Below the pieces are notes generated by a model. It saw nothing but the letters and a program-made list of their open reading frames with translations. It searched no databases and was not told the DNA's origin. The translations under genes and the position numbers were made by a program. Positions 19,903-30,510 of a DNA stretch of 64,000 bases are shown here, in pieces (position 1 is the stretch's first letter; the number at the start of each line of letters is the position of its first letter). Source of the DNA: a bacterium (GTDB lineage Bacteria > CLD3 > SB21); NCBI GenBank assembly GCA_013360215.1, contig JABWCP010000002.1, forward strand, positions 62,001 to 126,000, given 5' to 3'.

Positions 19903-21039
19903 ATGCGTCTAATTACTTGGATTTTATTGTTTATCTGTTTTGTTTTTAGTGATAGCATAGCTCAAACATTAACCTTTGAGGAATATGAACCGCCTTCCAC
20001 GTTGGTTGTGCCCGAAAATTTTAGATACCAATCAAAATATCCTTTCATTGATGTGCACAATCATCAGTTTGAAATGCCCACACAGGATTTAAAATACCTG
20101 ACCAAACAAATGGACAGTCTCAATATGGCTGTGATGGTCAATCTGAGCGGGCGCGGTTTTAAAAGAGAACAAAATAAGGACGGTTCATTCCGTTTCGGAC
20201 TTCAAGATGGAAGCTATTTGAAGGGAGCTATAGAGAACGCCCGTAAAAATGTTCCCGGTCGTTTGATGGTTTTTACCAATGTCAATTTTGGAGGTATTGA
20301 TGAACCCACTTGGAGCGCCGAAGCCGTACGTCAATTGGAAGAAGATGTCAAAAATGGCGCATGTGGTTTGAAAATATATAAAAACCTTGGTATGACTTTT
20401 AAAGATTCGAGCGGTAATATCATAGCTGTAGATGATCCGCGAATTGATCCGATCTGGAAAAAGGCAGGGGAATTAGGAATACCGGTACTTATTCACTCGG
20501 CAGACCCATTTCAGTTTTGGCAACCCTGGGATAAAAACAATGAGCGATGGCTCGAACTCAAAGAGCGTCCCGATCGTAAACGAGATTCGAGCAAGGAACC
20601 TTCGTTTGAGAGTATTATTGCCGCACAACATCGTGTCTTCAAAAAACATCCCAAAACTATTTTTATTAACGCGCATTTAGGATGGATGGGCAATGATCTT
20701 GCGAAATTCGGCAAACTCATGGATTCGCTCCCCAATATGTACACGGAGATCGGTGCTGTATTGGCAGAGATCGGCCGTCAACCGCGTCAGGCGAGGGAAT
20801 GGTTTATCAAATACCAGGATCGCGTGCTTTTCGGTAAAGATTCATGGAATCCTCAGGAGTATTCCACCTATTTCAGAGTTTTAGAAACAAACGATGAATA
20901 CTTTGATTATTATCGTCGTCGTCATGCTTATTGGAAAATGTATGGTCTCGGACTTCCTGATGATGTCTTAAAAAAATTATATTATAAAAACGCGTTACGC
21001 ATTATACCGGGCATAGACAAATCGCTATTTCCTAAATAG
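19903..21039 (+). CDS. Secreted amidohydrolase (Amidohydro_2 family)
   Basis: IDVHNH, LKIYK, VLIHSAD, NAHLG, DRVLFGKD; signal peptide. Confidence 0.85.
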   Translation: MRLITWILLFICFVFSDSIAQTLTFEEYEPPSTLVVPENFRYQSKYPFIDVHNHQFEMPTQDLKYLTKQMDSLNMAVMVNLSGRGFKREQNKDGSFRFGLQDGSYLKGAIENARKNVPGRLMVFTNVNFGGIDEPTWSAEAVRQLEEDVKNGACGLKIYKNLGMTFKDSSGNIIAVDDPRIDPIWKKAGELGIPVLIHSADPFQFWQPWDKNNERWLELKERPDRKRDSSKEPSFESIIAAQHRVFKKHPKTIFINAHLGWMGNDLAKFGKLMDSLPNMYTEIGAVLAEIGRQPRQAREWFIKYQDRVLFGKDSWNPQEYSTYFRVLETNDEYFDYYRRRHAYWKMYGLGLPDDVLKKLYYKNALRIIPGIDKSLFPK

Positions 21040-21068
21040 AAGCATTGAATTTTATAATTTGAACATTC

Positions 21069-21101
21069 AAAAGCATCGCGATAACAATGCGATGCTTTTT
21101 T
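21069..21101 (+). terminator. Intrinsic terminator
   Basis: AAAAGCATCGC / GCGATGCTTTT stem plus T tract. Confidence 0.8.
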
Positions 21102-21272
21102 GTATAAAAACGGTTATTTCTTACGTTTATTGAAACTTTTTATTAAAACCACCGTTTATCCTCCCAACCGACAGCTTTCCTTATAGTTTGTTTTCATTAC
21201 CGATCAAATAAGTGTCTTACTGAATCGTCTGAATTTGTACATAACACTACAATTTATACCAAAGGATACGGT

Positions 21273-23273
21273 ATGCGCCGCACAATGCTTCTATTATTTG
21301 TATGCATTGCAACAATGGCTCAAGCACAGGATTTACCGGAGATTGACGGCTTTATAAGAGAGGGAGAGTGGTCAGACGCAACCGTTTTTTCAGATTTTCA
21401 TTTGATTTCACCCCGATCTACCGAAAAATATTACGATAGCACGATCGTGTACATAAAACAGTCATCCGATGCCTTGTTTTTTGCCATTCGTTTTTGGCCC
21501 AAAGGACGCGTTATATCTCAATCGTTTGTGCGCGATCGCAGTTCGGATGAAGAAAATGAATTTTTTATTCTTTTAGATTTGGAAAACAAACGGCAAAACG
21601 GATATTTTTTTGCTTTCAATTTTCTCGGTAATCAGCGCGATATGCGCATGTATAATCAACGCCAAATGTCGCAAGAATGGGATTGGAATTGGCAAAACAA
21701 ATCTACGATTTTTGAAGACGCCACGCCGGATAAGCCTGGATACATTGAGACGGAAGTACGAATACCTGTGGATAAACTGCAAAATAAAAACCCAAACACC
21801 ATCGGTATTGATGTACAGCTTTTTGCCTATAAACAAGATGGTACCAGTTATTTTTATTCGATCAGCCCTGAAAGCGAGTTATTATCACTCAAAGGGCCGT
21901 ATCAAATGCATATATCGCCTTTTGTGGAACGGGCTAACATAAACATGAGCGCTATACCTTATGCCGTAGGATACACGTTTACGGATTCTTCATACGAAGC
22001 ACGTGTTGGTGGCGAATTTAGTGTAAGTATGGATCGCCATACGCTTAAAGGTACATATAATACAGACGCATCGACATTAGAAGCGGATCCTTTCGTTTTT
22101 TCGTTTTACAAACGTAAAGTTTCTCTAGCCGAAAAACGCCCATTTTTCAGTCGTGATCTGGATGTGTACCGATCACCGATAAGTTTGCTTTATACCCGCG
22201 GTATAGCCGATATCAACTATGGTGCCAATTATACATTTCGCAGTAATACGCTCAAAGCCGGTGCATTTTATGTAGAAGAAGAGCCGATCCTCGGGGACAC
22301 TACGCATAATATAAGGCGTTTTATGGCCGTTCGACCTAATGTGGTAACCAAATTTGTCAATTTTGGCGGAACCTTTATCCATAACGAACAAACGGACGGA
22401 CCGTCGGAAACGATAATAAGCGGTGATGCGCGTGTGGATCTTCCGTCCCGTTGGATTTTTGTGCCACAGTTGGCAACCAACAAAGACGGATATGCTTCTA
22501 AAGCGTACTTGTATTACGAATTTAACCCTGCGGGCGGACCGTATGCTGATTTTTCATACACTCGATTTGGAAAAAAATTTGATGGAAGGACAGTAATAAA
22601 TCTTTTCGGTAAAAATTACGACGAAATATCCAATTCGGTCGGTTATAATTTCATATACAACCGTTCCTATTTTCATCAGATGAATGCACGTGTCGAATTT
22701 TACAAAGCCGAATCACTAGATCGTGATTTTATGTTGCAGCGCAATATCAACGGCAACTTCTTCTACAAAGTCAACGATTGGTTAAGCGTCAATCATTATG
22801 CTGAAATAAGTAATGCCGATGAAGCCCTAAGCGATACGACCAAAAAAAATCACGATGATTATTCGCAAAAGCACGAAGCTAAAATTTTGATAGGAAATAA
22901 CGCAATTGTTTTGGGCTATAAAGAAGGTACATATTATGGACGGAAGTTACGTAACCCGTATGCGTCGTACGAATCCATGTTTTTTTCCAGAGTTGGCGTA
23001 TCCGCTACGGCGTTTCTTGTCGAAAATGAAGCGCGTATATTTAGCGCAAAAATAAATTACCGTATCATGCCTAAGCTATTTTTAAGATCATTGTATCAAT
23101 GGAAAAGTGAAAAAGGCAATTCCAATAAATACGATAATTTTCAATCATGGAACAGCATGCTCCAGTACGAATTTTTTGCAGGAAGTAATTTGTACTTAGT
23201 GCTCAATCTTCAGGGTGAAGACTTGGAGTATGTCGGTAGGTATTGCAAACTCGCTTACGAATTTAATTTCTAG
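21273..23273 (+). CDS. Outer membrane protein, CBM9-like N-terminus plus DUF5916-like barrel
   Basis: PEIDG..EGEW, EKRPFF, LLYTR; signal peptide; terminal YEFNF. Confidence 0.6.
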   Translation: MRRTMLLLFVCIATMAQAQDLPEIDGFIREGEWSDATVFSDFHLISPRSTEKYYDSTIVYIKQSSDALFFAIRFWPKGRVISQSFVRDRSSDEENEFFILLDLENKRQNGYFFAFNFLGNQRDMRMYNQRQMSQEWDWNWQNKSTIFEDATPDKPGYIETEVRIPVDKLQNKNPNTIGIDVQLFAYKQDGTSYFYSISPESELLSLKGPYQMHISPFVERANINMSAIPYAVGYTFTDSSYEARVGGEFSVSMDRHTLKGTYNTDASTLEADPFVFSFYKRKVSLAEKRPFFSRDLDVYRSPISLLYTRGIADINYGANYTFRSNTLKAGAFYVEEEPILGDTTHNIRRFMAVRPNVVTKFVNFGGTFIHNEQTDGPSETIISGDARVDLPSRWIFVPQLATNKDGYASKAYLYYEFNPAGGPYADFSYTRFGKKFDGRTVINLFGKNYDEISNSVGYNFIYNRSYFHQMNARVEFYKAESLDRDFMLQRNINGNFFYKVNDWLSVNHYAEISNADEALSDTTKKNHDDYSQKHEAKILIGNNAIVLGYKEGTYYGRKLRNPYASYESMFFSRVGVSATAFLVENEARIFSAKINYRIMPKLFLRSLYQWKSEKGNSNKYDNFQSWNSMLQYEFFAGSNLYLVLNLQGEDLEYVGRYCKLAYEFNF

Positions 23274-23276
23274 TAA

Positions 23277-23777
23277 CTATTGGGACGAACGATGCATGCG
23301 GGACATGCGCAGGATCCAGTCCCGGCTTTGTTCCCGATGCATAAAATAACCGATTTCTAAAATGTTACCGTCCGGAGCACGGAGTCCCTTCATAAGCGAA
23401 GTTTTACCTATGGAAGCAACCGGTAAAACAACGCCGATATGTTTAAGCCCGGATTGCGCCGCTTTTGAAAGCCACTCGTTGCGAAGCCAGGCTTGATCAT
23501 CGCTGTCAAGTACGGTCAGGAGTTCGAAATCAGCATGTAATGCGACACTGCGACGGTTTTTAACGTGTTGTAACGCCACATCAAATGCCGTACGAAACGC
23601 GCCGGTGGCTGAAAATTTTTTCCAGACTATTTCCGGTAACATCGGCCCGGAAAGCCATCGTACCGACATGAATAAATCATCATGAAGGGCAACGATCCCA
23701 TCGTTTGAATCCGGTTGTTGCAAGGGTTGTAAAAGTTTGATAAACGGTTTACCGCACAATATCAAAAAAACAAACAA
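23277..23777 (-). CDS. Hypothetical protein, SpoIIAA/STAS-SEC14-like; true start may be downstream
   Basis: DQAWLRNEWLSKAAQSGLKHIGVVLP, YF..EQSRDW pattern. Confidence 0.45.
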   Translation of the reverse strand: MFVFLILCGKPFIKLLQPLQQPDSNDGIVALHDDLFMSVRWLSGPMLPEIVWKKFSATGAFRTAFDVALQHVKNRRSVALHADFELLTVLDSDDQAWLRNEWLSKAAQSGLKHIGVVLPVASIGKTSLMKGLRAPDGNILEIGYFMHREQSRDWILRMSRMHRSSQ

Positions 23778-23926
23778 ACTAAAGCAATACCCGATTTGGG
23801 TGATACGAAAATTTTTATATCATTCCTTTTAGTTTTGAAAATCGGCGTGTATATTGGTTTTAGTAATTTCACTTCTTTTAAAAATCGAACCCGTTTCCTT
23901 AACCCTTTATCACAGGAATATTATTC

Positions 23927-26900
23927 ATGCGACACCTACGCCATTCGTTGATGACCGCACTGAGTATTCTCATAGTATGTTCTGATTACGCAACAGCTCA
24001 AAATTTTGAAAAGGATGTTGCGGCAGCCTTTCGATGGCGCATGATCGGACCCTTTCGTGGCGGACGAACTGTCGGCGCCGTCGGCGTGCGTCAACAACCG
24101 AATGTATTTTACATCGGTGTTAATAATGGCGGCGTTTGGAAAACGGAAGATTTTGGCCGAACATGGTTCCCGATATTTGACGATCAGCCGACCGGTTCCA
24201 TAGGCGATATCGTCGTGGCGCCTTCGGATCCTAATATTTTATATGTGGGCAGCGGCGAAGGTTTGCAACGTCCCGATTTATCGGTCGGTGACGGCGTTTA
24301 TAAATCAACGGATGCCGGTAAAACATGGAAACATACCGGATTGCGTGATGGTCAACAAATCGGCGGATTGGCGATAGATCCCGAGGATCCCAATCGCGTT
24401 TTTGCCGCCGTATTAGGCCACCCGTACGGCGCAAATACGGAACGTGGTGTTTTTAGGACGATTAACGGCGGTGCATCGTGGGAAAAAGTTTTATATATCG
24501 ATGAAAATACCGGCGCCATTCAGGTAACTCTGGACCCCAAAGATTCTAAAACCGTCTATGCTACACTTTGGGCCGCCAGGCAAGGTCCATGGGAAAACGG
24601 TTCCTGGCAAGGGCCCGCAAGCGGTCTGTACAAATCGACCGATGGCGGTACAACTTGGAAGAAGCTCACGCAAGGTCTGCCTACCACCAAAGAAGGGCTC
24701 GGGCGTATCGGTTTTTGTATCGCACCGAGTTTATCATCCCGCTTATATGCAACCGTTGATTCCCCGGAAAAAGGCGGAATATACCGATCAGATGATGGCG
24801 GTAATTCATGGCGTTTGATGAACCCGGATAATCGTCTTTGGGGACGCGGTGGAGACTTTGCCGAAGTCAAAGTAGATCCGCGTAATCCGGATATCGTTTA
24901 CTCTGCGAACGTAGCATTTTGGAAATCCACCGACGGGGGCAAAAACTGGACGTGCGTACGAGGAGCGCCGGGCGGGGATGATTATCACCGTATATGGATC
25001 AATCAGGATAATCCGGATATTATGCTTTTGGCCGCCGATCAAGGTGCGATCATCACTGTTAACGGAGGCAAAACTTATTCATCGTGGTACAATCAGCCGA
25101 CAGCACAGTTTTACCATGTGTCAACGGATAACGCATTTCCTTACAACGTTCTCGGAGGTCAACAGGAAAGCGGATCAGCCAGCGTAAGTTCACGTGGTCA
25201 TGGCGGACAAATAACGTACCGCGATTGGTTGCCCGTCGGCGTCGAAGAGTGGGGATATGTGGCCGCTGATCCTCTTAATCCGGACTTGGTCTACGGCGGA
25301 AAATTAACCAAATACGATCGTAAAACCGGCCATACCCAATCCGTCGGTCCTTTTCCGACAGGTCATTATCAACCCAATCGCAGTCCGTATCGTTTTTTGA
25401 GAACGGCTCCGGTTATTTTTTCTCAAGCGGATCCTACGGCTTTATATTACGCGGGTAATGTATTATTCAAGTCACAGGATGGCGGACACGCGTGGCGGGT
25501 TATCAGTCCCGATCTTTCGCGTGAGTCATGGGATGTTCCAAAAAGCATTGGTGTATATACTACCGAATCTATGAAAACCATGCCGCGTCGCGGTGTGATC
25601 TATACTGTCGCACCTTCGCCCTTGGACTCGTCGGTGATATGGGCTGGTACGGACGACGGCTTAATCCATATAACCCGGGATGGCGGTAAAACATGGCAAA
25701 ACGTAACCCCAACTGAAATTACCTCATGGAGCAAGATTTCACTTATAGATGCGGGTCATTTTGATGTCAATACGGCCTACGTTGCGGTCAATCGCATTCG
25801 TTTGGATGATATGAAGCCGTACATTTATAAAACGCACGACGGTGGAAAAACATGGATCAAAATAGTCGAAGGGTTGCCCGATGACCCAATTAACGCCGTT
25901 CGCGAAGATCACATCAAAGAAGGTTTGCTTATATGCGGGTCTGAACGGGCAGTCTATGCTTCCGTCAATGATGGCCAAAATTGGATTAGCCTTCGAAATA
26001 ACATGCCTGCTACTTCTATTCGTGATGTTGTAATCAAAGACAACGATATCGTTGCAGGTACGCACGGGCGTTCGTTTTGGATCATGGATGACATAATGCC
26101 TCTTCGCCACATCACCGAAGTATCACGTCAAGCACCGGTATGGCTTTTCAAACCATCTAACGCGTACCGTGTTCGTTGGAATCTGTATACCGATACACCG
26201 CTGCCGCAGGAAGAGCCGGCGGGCGAAAATCCTCCGGATGGAGCAATCATCTATTATCATCTAAAGCAGGATGCGCAAACCCCAGTAGTCATCGAAATTA
26301 AAAATTCGCGTGGTGAAGTCGTACGGCGTTTTTCGAGCAATGATTCGACCCCTATGTCACGGAATAATAATTTCCCATCATACTGGCTTGCATCGCCACA
26401 ACGTGTTTCCGCCAAAGCCGGATCGCATCGCCTGATATGGGATCTTCGTCATAGTCCATTGCCGACAGAGCCGGAATTTTCCATTGCCGCAATTTATGGT
26501 AAGACTACACCTGCGCCGACATCGCCATTGGTCATGCCCGGTTTTTATTCTGTCGTCATTTCAGCTAACGGGTTAACCATGGGTGAAAGTTTAACCCTCG
26601 TCATGGATCCGCGTGTACGGATGACGGACACGGAAATAAAAGATCAATTTGATCTGTCAATGCGGTGCTACGAAATAAGAAAAAAAGGAATGCTTGTTAC
26701 TCGACACATTCAGTCGTGGCGTGCCCAAGCTGATAAATATATGGGGCGGTTAAAAAGTAATTCGAGTGAAATCAAAAAATTTTTAGGTTACATAGATGCT
26801 GTCGAAAAAGGTAACGCCTCTACCGGCGATAAAGGGTTGCAAACTATTATGCAATCAACAACCAATATGTTTGACGTAATACAACATGCCGACATGCCAC

Positions 26901-27049
26901 CAACCGCGGCAATGTACAATACCGTTCGCGAAACTGAAAAGAGTTGGGAAAAACTAACGGCTGAATGGGAAAAACTAAAAACCGTGCATCTTGATGCCGT
27001 AAATAAGCATTTAATAAAACTTAAATGGCCTGAAATATCAAACCCATGA
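23927..27049 (+). CDS. VPS10/sortilin-like BNR-repeat glycosyl hydrolase-like protein
   Basis: WRMIGPFRGGR; many S/T-x-D-G-G-x-T/S-W Asp boxes; signal peptide. Confidence 0.88.
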   Translation: MRHLRHSLMTALSILIVCSDYATAQNFEKDVAAAFRWRMIGPFRGGRTVGAVGVRQQPNVFYIGVNNGGVWKTEDFGRTWFPIFDDQPTGSIGDIVVAPSDPNILYVGSGEGLQRPDLSVGDGVYKSTDAGKTWKHTGLRDGQQIGGLAIDPEDPNRVFAAVLGHPYGANTERGVFRTINGGASWEKVLYIDENTGAIQVTLDPKDSKTVYATLWAARQGPWENGSWQGPASGLYKSTDGGTTWKKLTQGLPTTKEGLGRIGFCIAPSLSSRLYATVDSPEKGGIYRSDDGGNSWRLMNPDNRLWGRGGDFAEVKVDPRNPDIVYSANVAFWKSTDGGKNWTCVRGAPGGDDYHRIWINQDNPDIMLLAADQGAIITVNGGKTYSSWYNQPTAQFYHVSTDNAFPYNVLGGQQESGSASVSSRGHGGQITYRDWLPVGVEEWGYVAADPLNPDLVYGGKLTKYDRKTGHTQSVGPFPTGHYQPNRSPYRFLRTAPVIFSQADPTALYYAGNVLFKSQDGGHAWRVISPDLSRESWDVPKSIGVYTTESMKTMPRRGVIYTVAPSPLDSSVIWAGTDDGLIHITRDGGKTWQNVTPTEITSWSKISLIDAGHFDVNTAYVAVNRIRLDDMKPYIYKTHDGGKTWIKIVEGLPDDPINAVREDHIKEGLLICGSERAVYASVNDGQNWISLRNNMPATSIRDVVIKDNDIVAGTHGRSFWIMDDIMPLRHITEVSRQAPVWLFKPSNAYRVRWNLYTDTPLPQEEPAGENPPDGAIIYYHLKQDAQTPVVIEIKNSRGEVVRRFSSNDSTPMSRNNNFPSYWLASPQRVSAKAGSHRLIWDLRHSPLPTEPEFSIAAIYGKTTPAPTSPLVMPGFYSVVISANGLTMGESLTLVMDPRVRMTDTEIKDQFDLSMRCYEIRKKGMLVTRHIQSWRAQADKYMGRLKSNSSEIKKFLGYIDAVEKGNASTGDKGLQTIMQSTTNMFDVIQHADMPPTAAMYNTVRETEKSWEKLTAEWEKLKTVHLDAVNKHLIKLKWPEISNP

Positions 27050-27097
27050 TATCAATTTGATCATTATTCATCATTCATTTAAAATCGGAGAATTACT

Positions 27098-30000
27098 ATG
27101 AATGTACGCGTTTGGTTCGTGTTATGTACAATGCTGCTTTCAGCGCAAGGCATTGCGCAAAAGAAAGCTACCGAAACTAAAGATCCCATGCCTTCTTCAA
27201 CCTTTGGAGGACTCAAGTTCCGTAGTGTCGGTCCTGCTCTGACAAGCGGTCGTGTGGCAGACTTCGCTGTCAATCCTAAAAATATTTTCGAATATTATGT
27301 TGCGGTTGCATCCGGCGGTGTCTGGAAAACAACCAATGCCGGTGTGACTTACGAACCTGTATTTGACGGCGAAGGGTCATACTCCATAGGCTGTGTTGCG
27401 ATTGATCCTTCCAATCCTAATGTGGTATGGGTTGGCAGCGGAGAGAATAACAACCAAAGATCGGTGGCGTACGGCGATGGTATATACAAATCTGTGGACG
27501 GGGGAAAGTCCTGGACCAATATGGGTCTTAAAAATTCAGAACATATCGGTCGTATCGCCATTGATCCCAATAATTCAGACATCGTTTACGTAGCGGCATA
27601 TGGTCCGGTTTGGAGTGCCGGCGGTGATCGTGGTATTTACAAAACGACAGACGGCGGTAAAACGTGGAAGGCCGTTCTCACGGTCAGCGAAAACACCGGA
27701 TTCAATGAAGTGATCATGGATCCGCGTAACTCCAATGTACTCTATGCGGCAGCCCATCAACGCCGCAGAACCGTTTTCACTTACATCGGCGGCGGTCCCG
27801 AGTCTGCGTTGTACAAATCTACAGATGGCGGTGCCAACTGGCGTAAAATCAATTCCGGTTTGCCCACGGTAGATCTCGGTCGCATCGGAATCGCCATTTC
27901 ACCGGTTAATCCCGACGTGTTGTATGCGATCGTTGAAGCCGCCGAAGGAAAAAGCGGCGTCTACCGTTCCGATAATCGTGGTGAAAGCTGGGAAAAACGT
28001 GGAAATAATTCCTCATCCGGAAATTATTATCAGGAAATTTTTTGCGATCCACAAAATATAGACAAAGTTTATTATGTGGATTTTTTTGTAATGGTATCTT
28101 TGGACGGAGGAAAATCTTTTAATCCAATCGGTGAAAAATACAAACACGTAGACAATCACGCGCTTTGGATCAACCCAGCCAATACCGGCCATATGCGTGT
28201 CGGTTGTGATGGCGGCATATACGAAACATACGATAACGGTGCAAATTGGGAATATAAATGGAATCTTCCTGTAACGCAGTTTTACAAAGTGGCCACAGAC
28301 AACGCCACACCGTTTTATTATATCTACGGCGGTACGCAAGACAATAACAGCATCGGCGGACCTTCGCGCACACTAAGCGCCAATGGCATCATCAACACGG
28401 ATTGGTTTATAACCAATGAAGGCGACGGTTTTGAATCGCAAATAGATCCTTTTGATGCCAATATCGTGTACGCACAATCGCAATACGGCGGACTTGTGCG
28501 CTACGATAAAAAGAGCGGGGAAGTCATTGACATCAAACCGGTCGAAGGGGAAAACGAACCGGGATTGCGTTGGAATTGGGATGCTCCGCTGCTGGTGTCT
28601 CGTCACAAAGCCAATCGTGTGTATTTCGGAGCCAATATCCTTTTCCGAAGTGATGACCGTGGTCATTCATGGAAAGCGATTAGTAAAGACATGAGCCGCG
28701 GTTTGGATCGCAATAAGTTATCCGTAATGGGACGTGTTTGGAGTATTGACGCTGTAGCTAAAAACGGCTCAACGGATATTTACGGTCAGCTCGTAAGTAT
28801 CGCCGAATCACCGTTGGACGAGAATGTTCTTTATACCGGCACAGATGATGGGCTTATCCATGTATCGCGTGACGGCGGCGCATCTTGGACTGTCGTGGAC
28901 AATATTCCCGGAGTTCCTGAACGCACGTATGTCAATCAAATCATCGCAAGCCAACATGATAAAGGAACGGTATACGCGATTTTCAATCATCATCGCTACG
29001 GTGATTTCAAACCGTATATCTTCCGTAGCCGTGATTTTGGAAAAACGTGGTCGGCCATTCAAAACAACTTGCCGGAACGCGGATCAGTTTATTGCGTAGG
29101 TGAGGATCATGTGCGCGCTGATTTGTTATTCGTAGGAACGGAATTTGGTGTGTTTTTTACGATTGACGGCGGCCAGAAATGGGTGCAACTCAAATCAGGG
29201 CTACCGACAATAGCTGTTCGTGATCTTGAAATTCAACGTCGCGAAAATGATCTTGTCCTCGGTACGTTCGGTCGTGGGTTCTATGTACTCGATGATTACA
29301 CGCCCCTTCGTCATCTCAAAAAAGAAGACCTTTCCAAAGAAGCTATGCTTTATCCTGTAAAAGATGCGTTGATGTTTTCCGAATCACGCCCGTTGGGACT
29401 TAGCGAAAAATCATACATGGGTGAAAATCTATTTAGTACCCCTAATCCGACAGTCGGCGCTGTGTTTACGTATTATCTGGCCGAAGACATCAAAACGGTC
29501 AAAGAAAAACGCCGCGCTTCAGAAAAAGAAAAGGCTTCCAAAGGCGAATCGGTATTTTATCCGCCTATGGATTCACTCAAAACAGAGGAACTGCAAACTG
29601 AACCGACGTTGGTTTTTACGATTAAAGATGATGGCGGACGTATCGTACGCCGCCTCAAGGCACCGGCCAAAAAAGGTATGAATCGTATTACTTGGGATTT
29701 CCGTTATCCATCGCCGGGCCCGGTTACTTTTAATACCCCCGTGTCATATAATTTTTATGATGTTCTTGAAAAAGGCCACGTCGCCATGCCTGGAAATTAT
29801 AGTGTCACGATGGGTAAAATCGAAGATGGTAAATATACGGAATTGACTCCGGCACAATCCTTTAAGGCTGTTGCTTTGAATGCATCTGCATTGTCGGCCA
29901 CGGACAAAAATGCATTTGATACGTTTGCGAAATCTGTCTCGGATTGGCGTCGTCAAATCAGTTCCGCCGATGCGTATCGCGGTGAATTGGCAGGTAAAAT

Positions 30001-30370
30001 CAAGTTTATGAAAACTGCTGCATTAGATGCCGTGGAACCCGGATCAGAAATCATTGAAGCCGTTTACGCGGTCGAACGCCGCTTAAAGGAATTTAATCTC
30101 AAACTCAATGGTGATAATATCCGCGACAAATATCAGTTTGAACGTGCTCCGTCCGTCAGCGATCGAATTGGTCAAATAGAGTACAGTATATGGAACGCTA
30201 CCGCAGCACCGACCGAAACTCAAAAACAATCTTTGACTGTAGTAGCCAAACAAACACCGGCGCTTATGGATGAATTGAAATCCATAGACACCGAAATCAA
30301 ACGTATCGAATCCATGCTTGAGCGTAGTAAAGCGCCTTACACCCCCGGACGTATTCCAGAGAAAAAATAA
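27098..30370 (+). CDS. VPS10/sortilin-like BNR-repeat protein (second family member)
   Basis: FRSVGPALTSGR; Asp boxes; GGTQDN; signal peptide. Confidence 0.88.
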   Translation: MNVRVWFVLCTMLLSAQGIAQKKATETKDPMPSSTFGGLKFRSVGPALTSGRVADFAVNPKNIFEYYVAVASGGVWKTTNAGVTYEPVFDGEGSYSIGCVAIDPSNPNVVWVGSGENNNQRSVAYGDGIYKSVDGGKSWTNMGLKNSEHIGRIAIDPNNSDIVYVAAYGPVWSAGGDRGIYKTTDGGKTWKAVLTVSENTGFNEVIMDPRNSNVLYAAAHQRRRTVFTYIGGGPESALYKSTDGGANWRKINSGLPTVDLGRIGIAISPVNPDVLYAIVEAAEGKSGVYRSDNRGESWEKRGNNSSSGNYYQEIFCDPQNIDKVYYVDFFVMVSLDGGKSFNPIGEKYKHVDNHALWINPANTGHMRVGCDGGIYETYDNGANWEYKWNLPVTQFYKVATDNATPFYYIYGGTQDNNSIGGPSRTLSANGIINTDWFITNEGDGFESQIDPFDANIVYAQSQYGGLVRYDKKSGEVIDIKPVEGENEPGLRWNWDAPLLVSRHKANRVYFGANILFRSDDRGHSWKAISKDMSRGLDRNKLSVMGRVWSIDAVAKNGSTDIYGQLVSIAESPLDENVLYTGTDDGLIHVSRDGGASWTVVDNIPGVPERTYVNQIIASQHDKGTVYAIFNHHRYGDFKPYIFRSRDFGKTWSAIQNNLPERGSVYCVGEDHVRADLLFVGTEFGVFFTIDGGQKWVQLKSGLPTIAVRDLEIQRRENDLVLGTFGRGFYVLDDYTPLRHLKKEDLSKEAMLYPVKDALMFSESRPLGLSEKSYMGENLFSTPNPTVGAVFTYYLAEDIKTVKEKRRASEKEKASKGESVFYPPMDSLKTEELQTEPTLVFTIKDDGGRIVRRLKAPAKKGMNRITWDFRYPSPGPVTFNTPVSYNFYDVLEKGHVAMPGNYSVTMGKIEDGKYTELTPAQSFKAVALNASALSATDKNAFDTFAKSVSDWRRQISSADAYRGELAGKIKFMKTAALDAVEPGSEIIEAVYAVERRLKEFNLKLNGDNIRDKYQFERAPSVSDRIGQIEYSIWNATAAPTETQKQSLTVVAKQTPALMDELKSIDTEIKRIESMLERSKAPYTPGRIPEKK

Positions 30371-30396
30371 AAAATAAATTTTATTTTTTAGATTCT

Positions 30397-30440
30397 AAAG
30401 GCTGCCTGACGAATACAAAATTCTCAGACAGCCTTTTTTT
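30397..30440 (+). terminator. Intrinsic terminator
   Basis: AAAGGCTG.CTGA / TCAG.CAGCCTTT stem then T tract. Confidence 0.7.
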
Positions 30441-30510
30441 GTTTGATTCATGCTTTGATTTTTAGTACTCTTTTTCGGTTTTCTAATCCCGTCTATTAAA
30501 TAATATCTTC

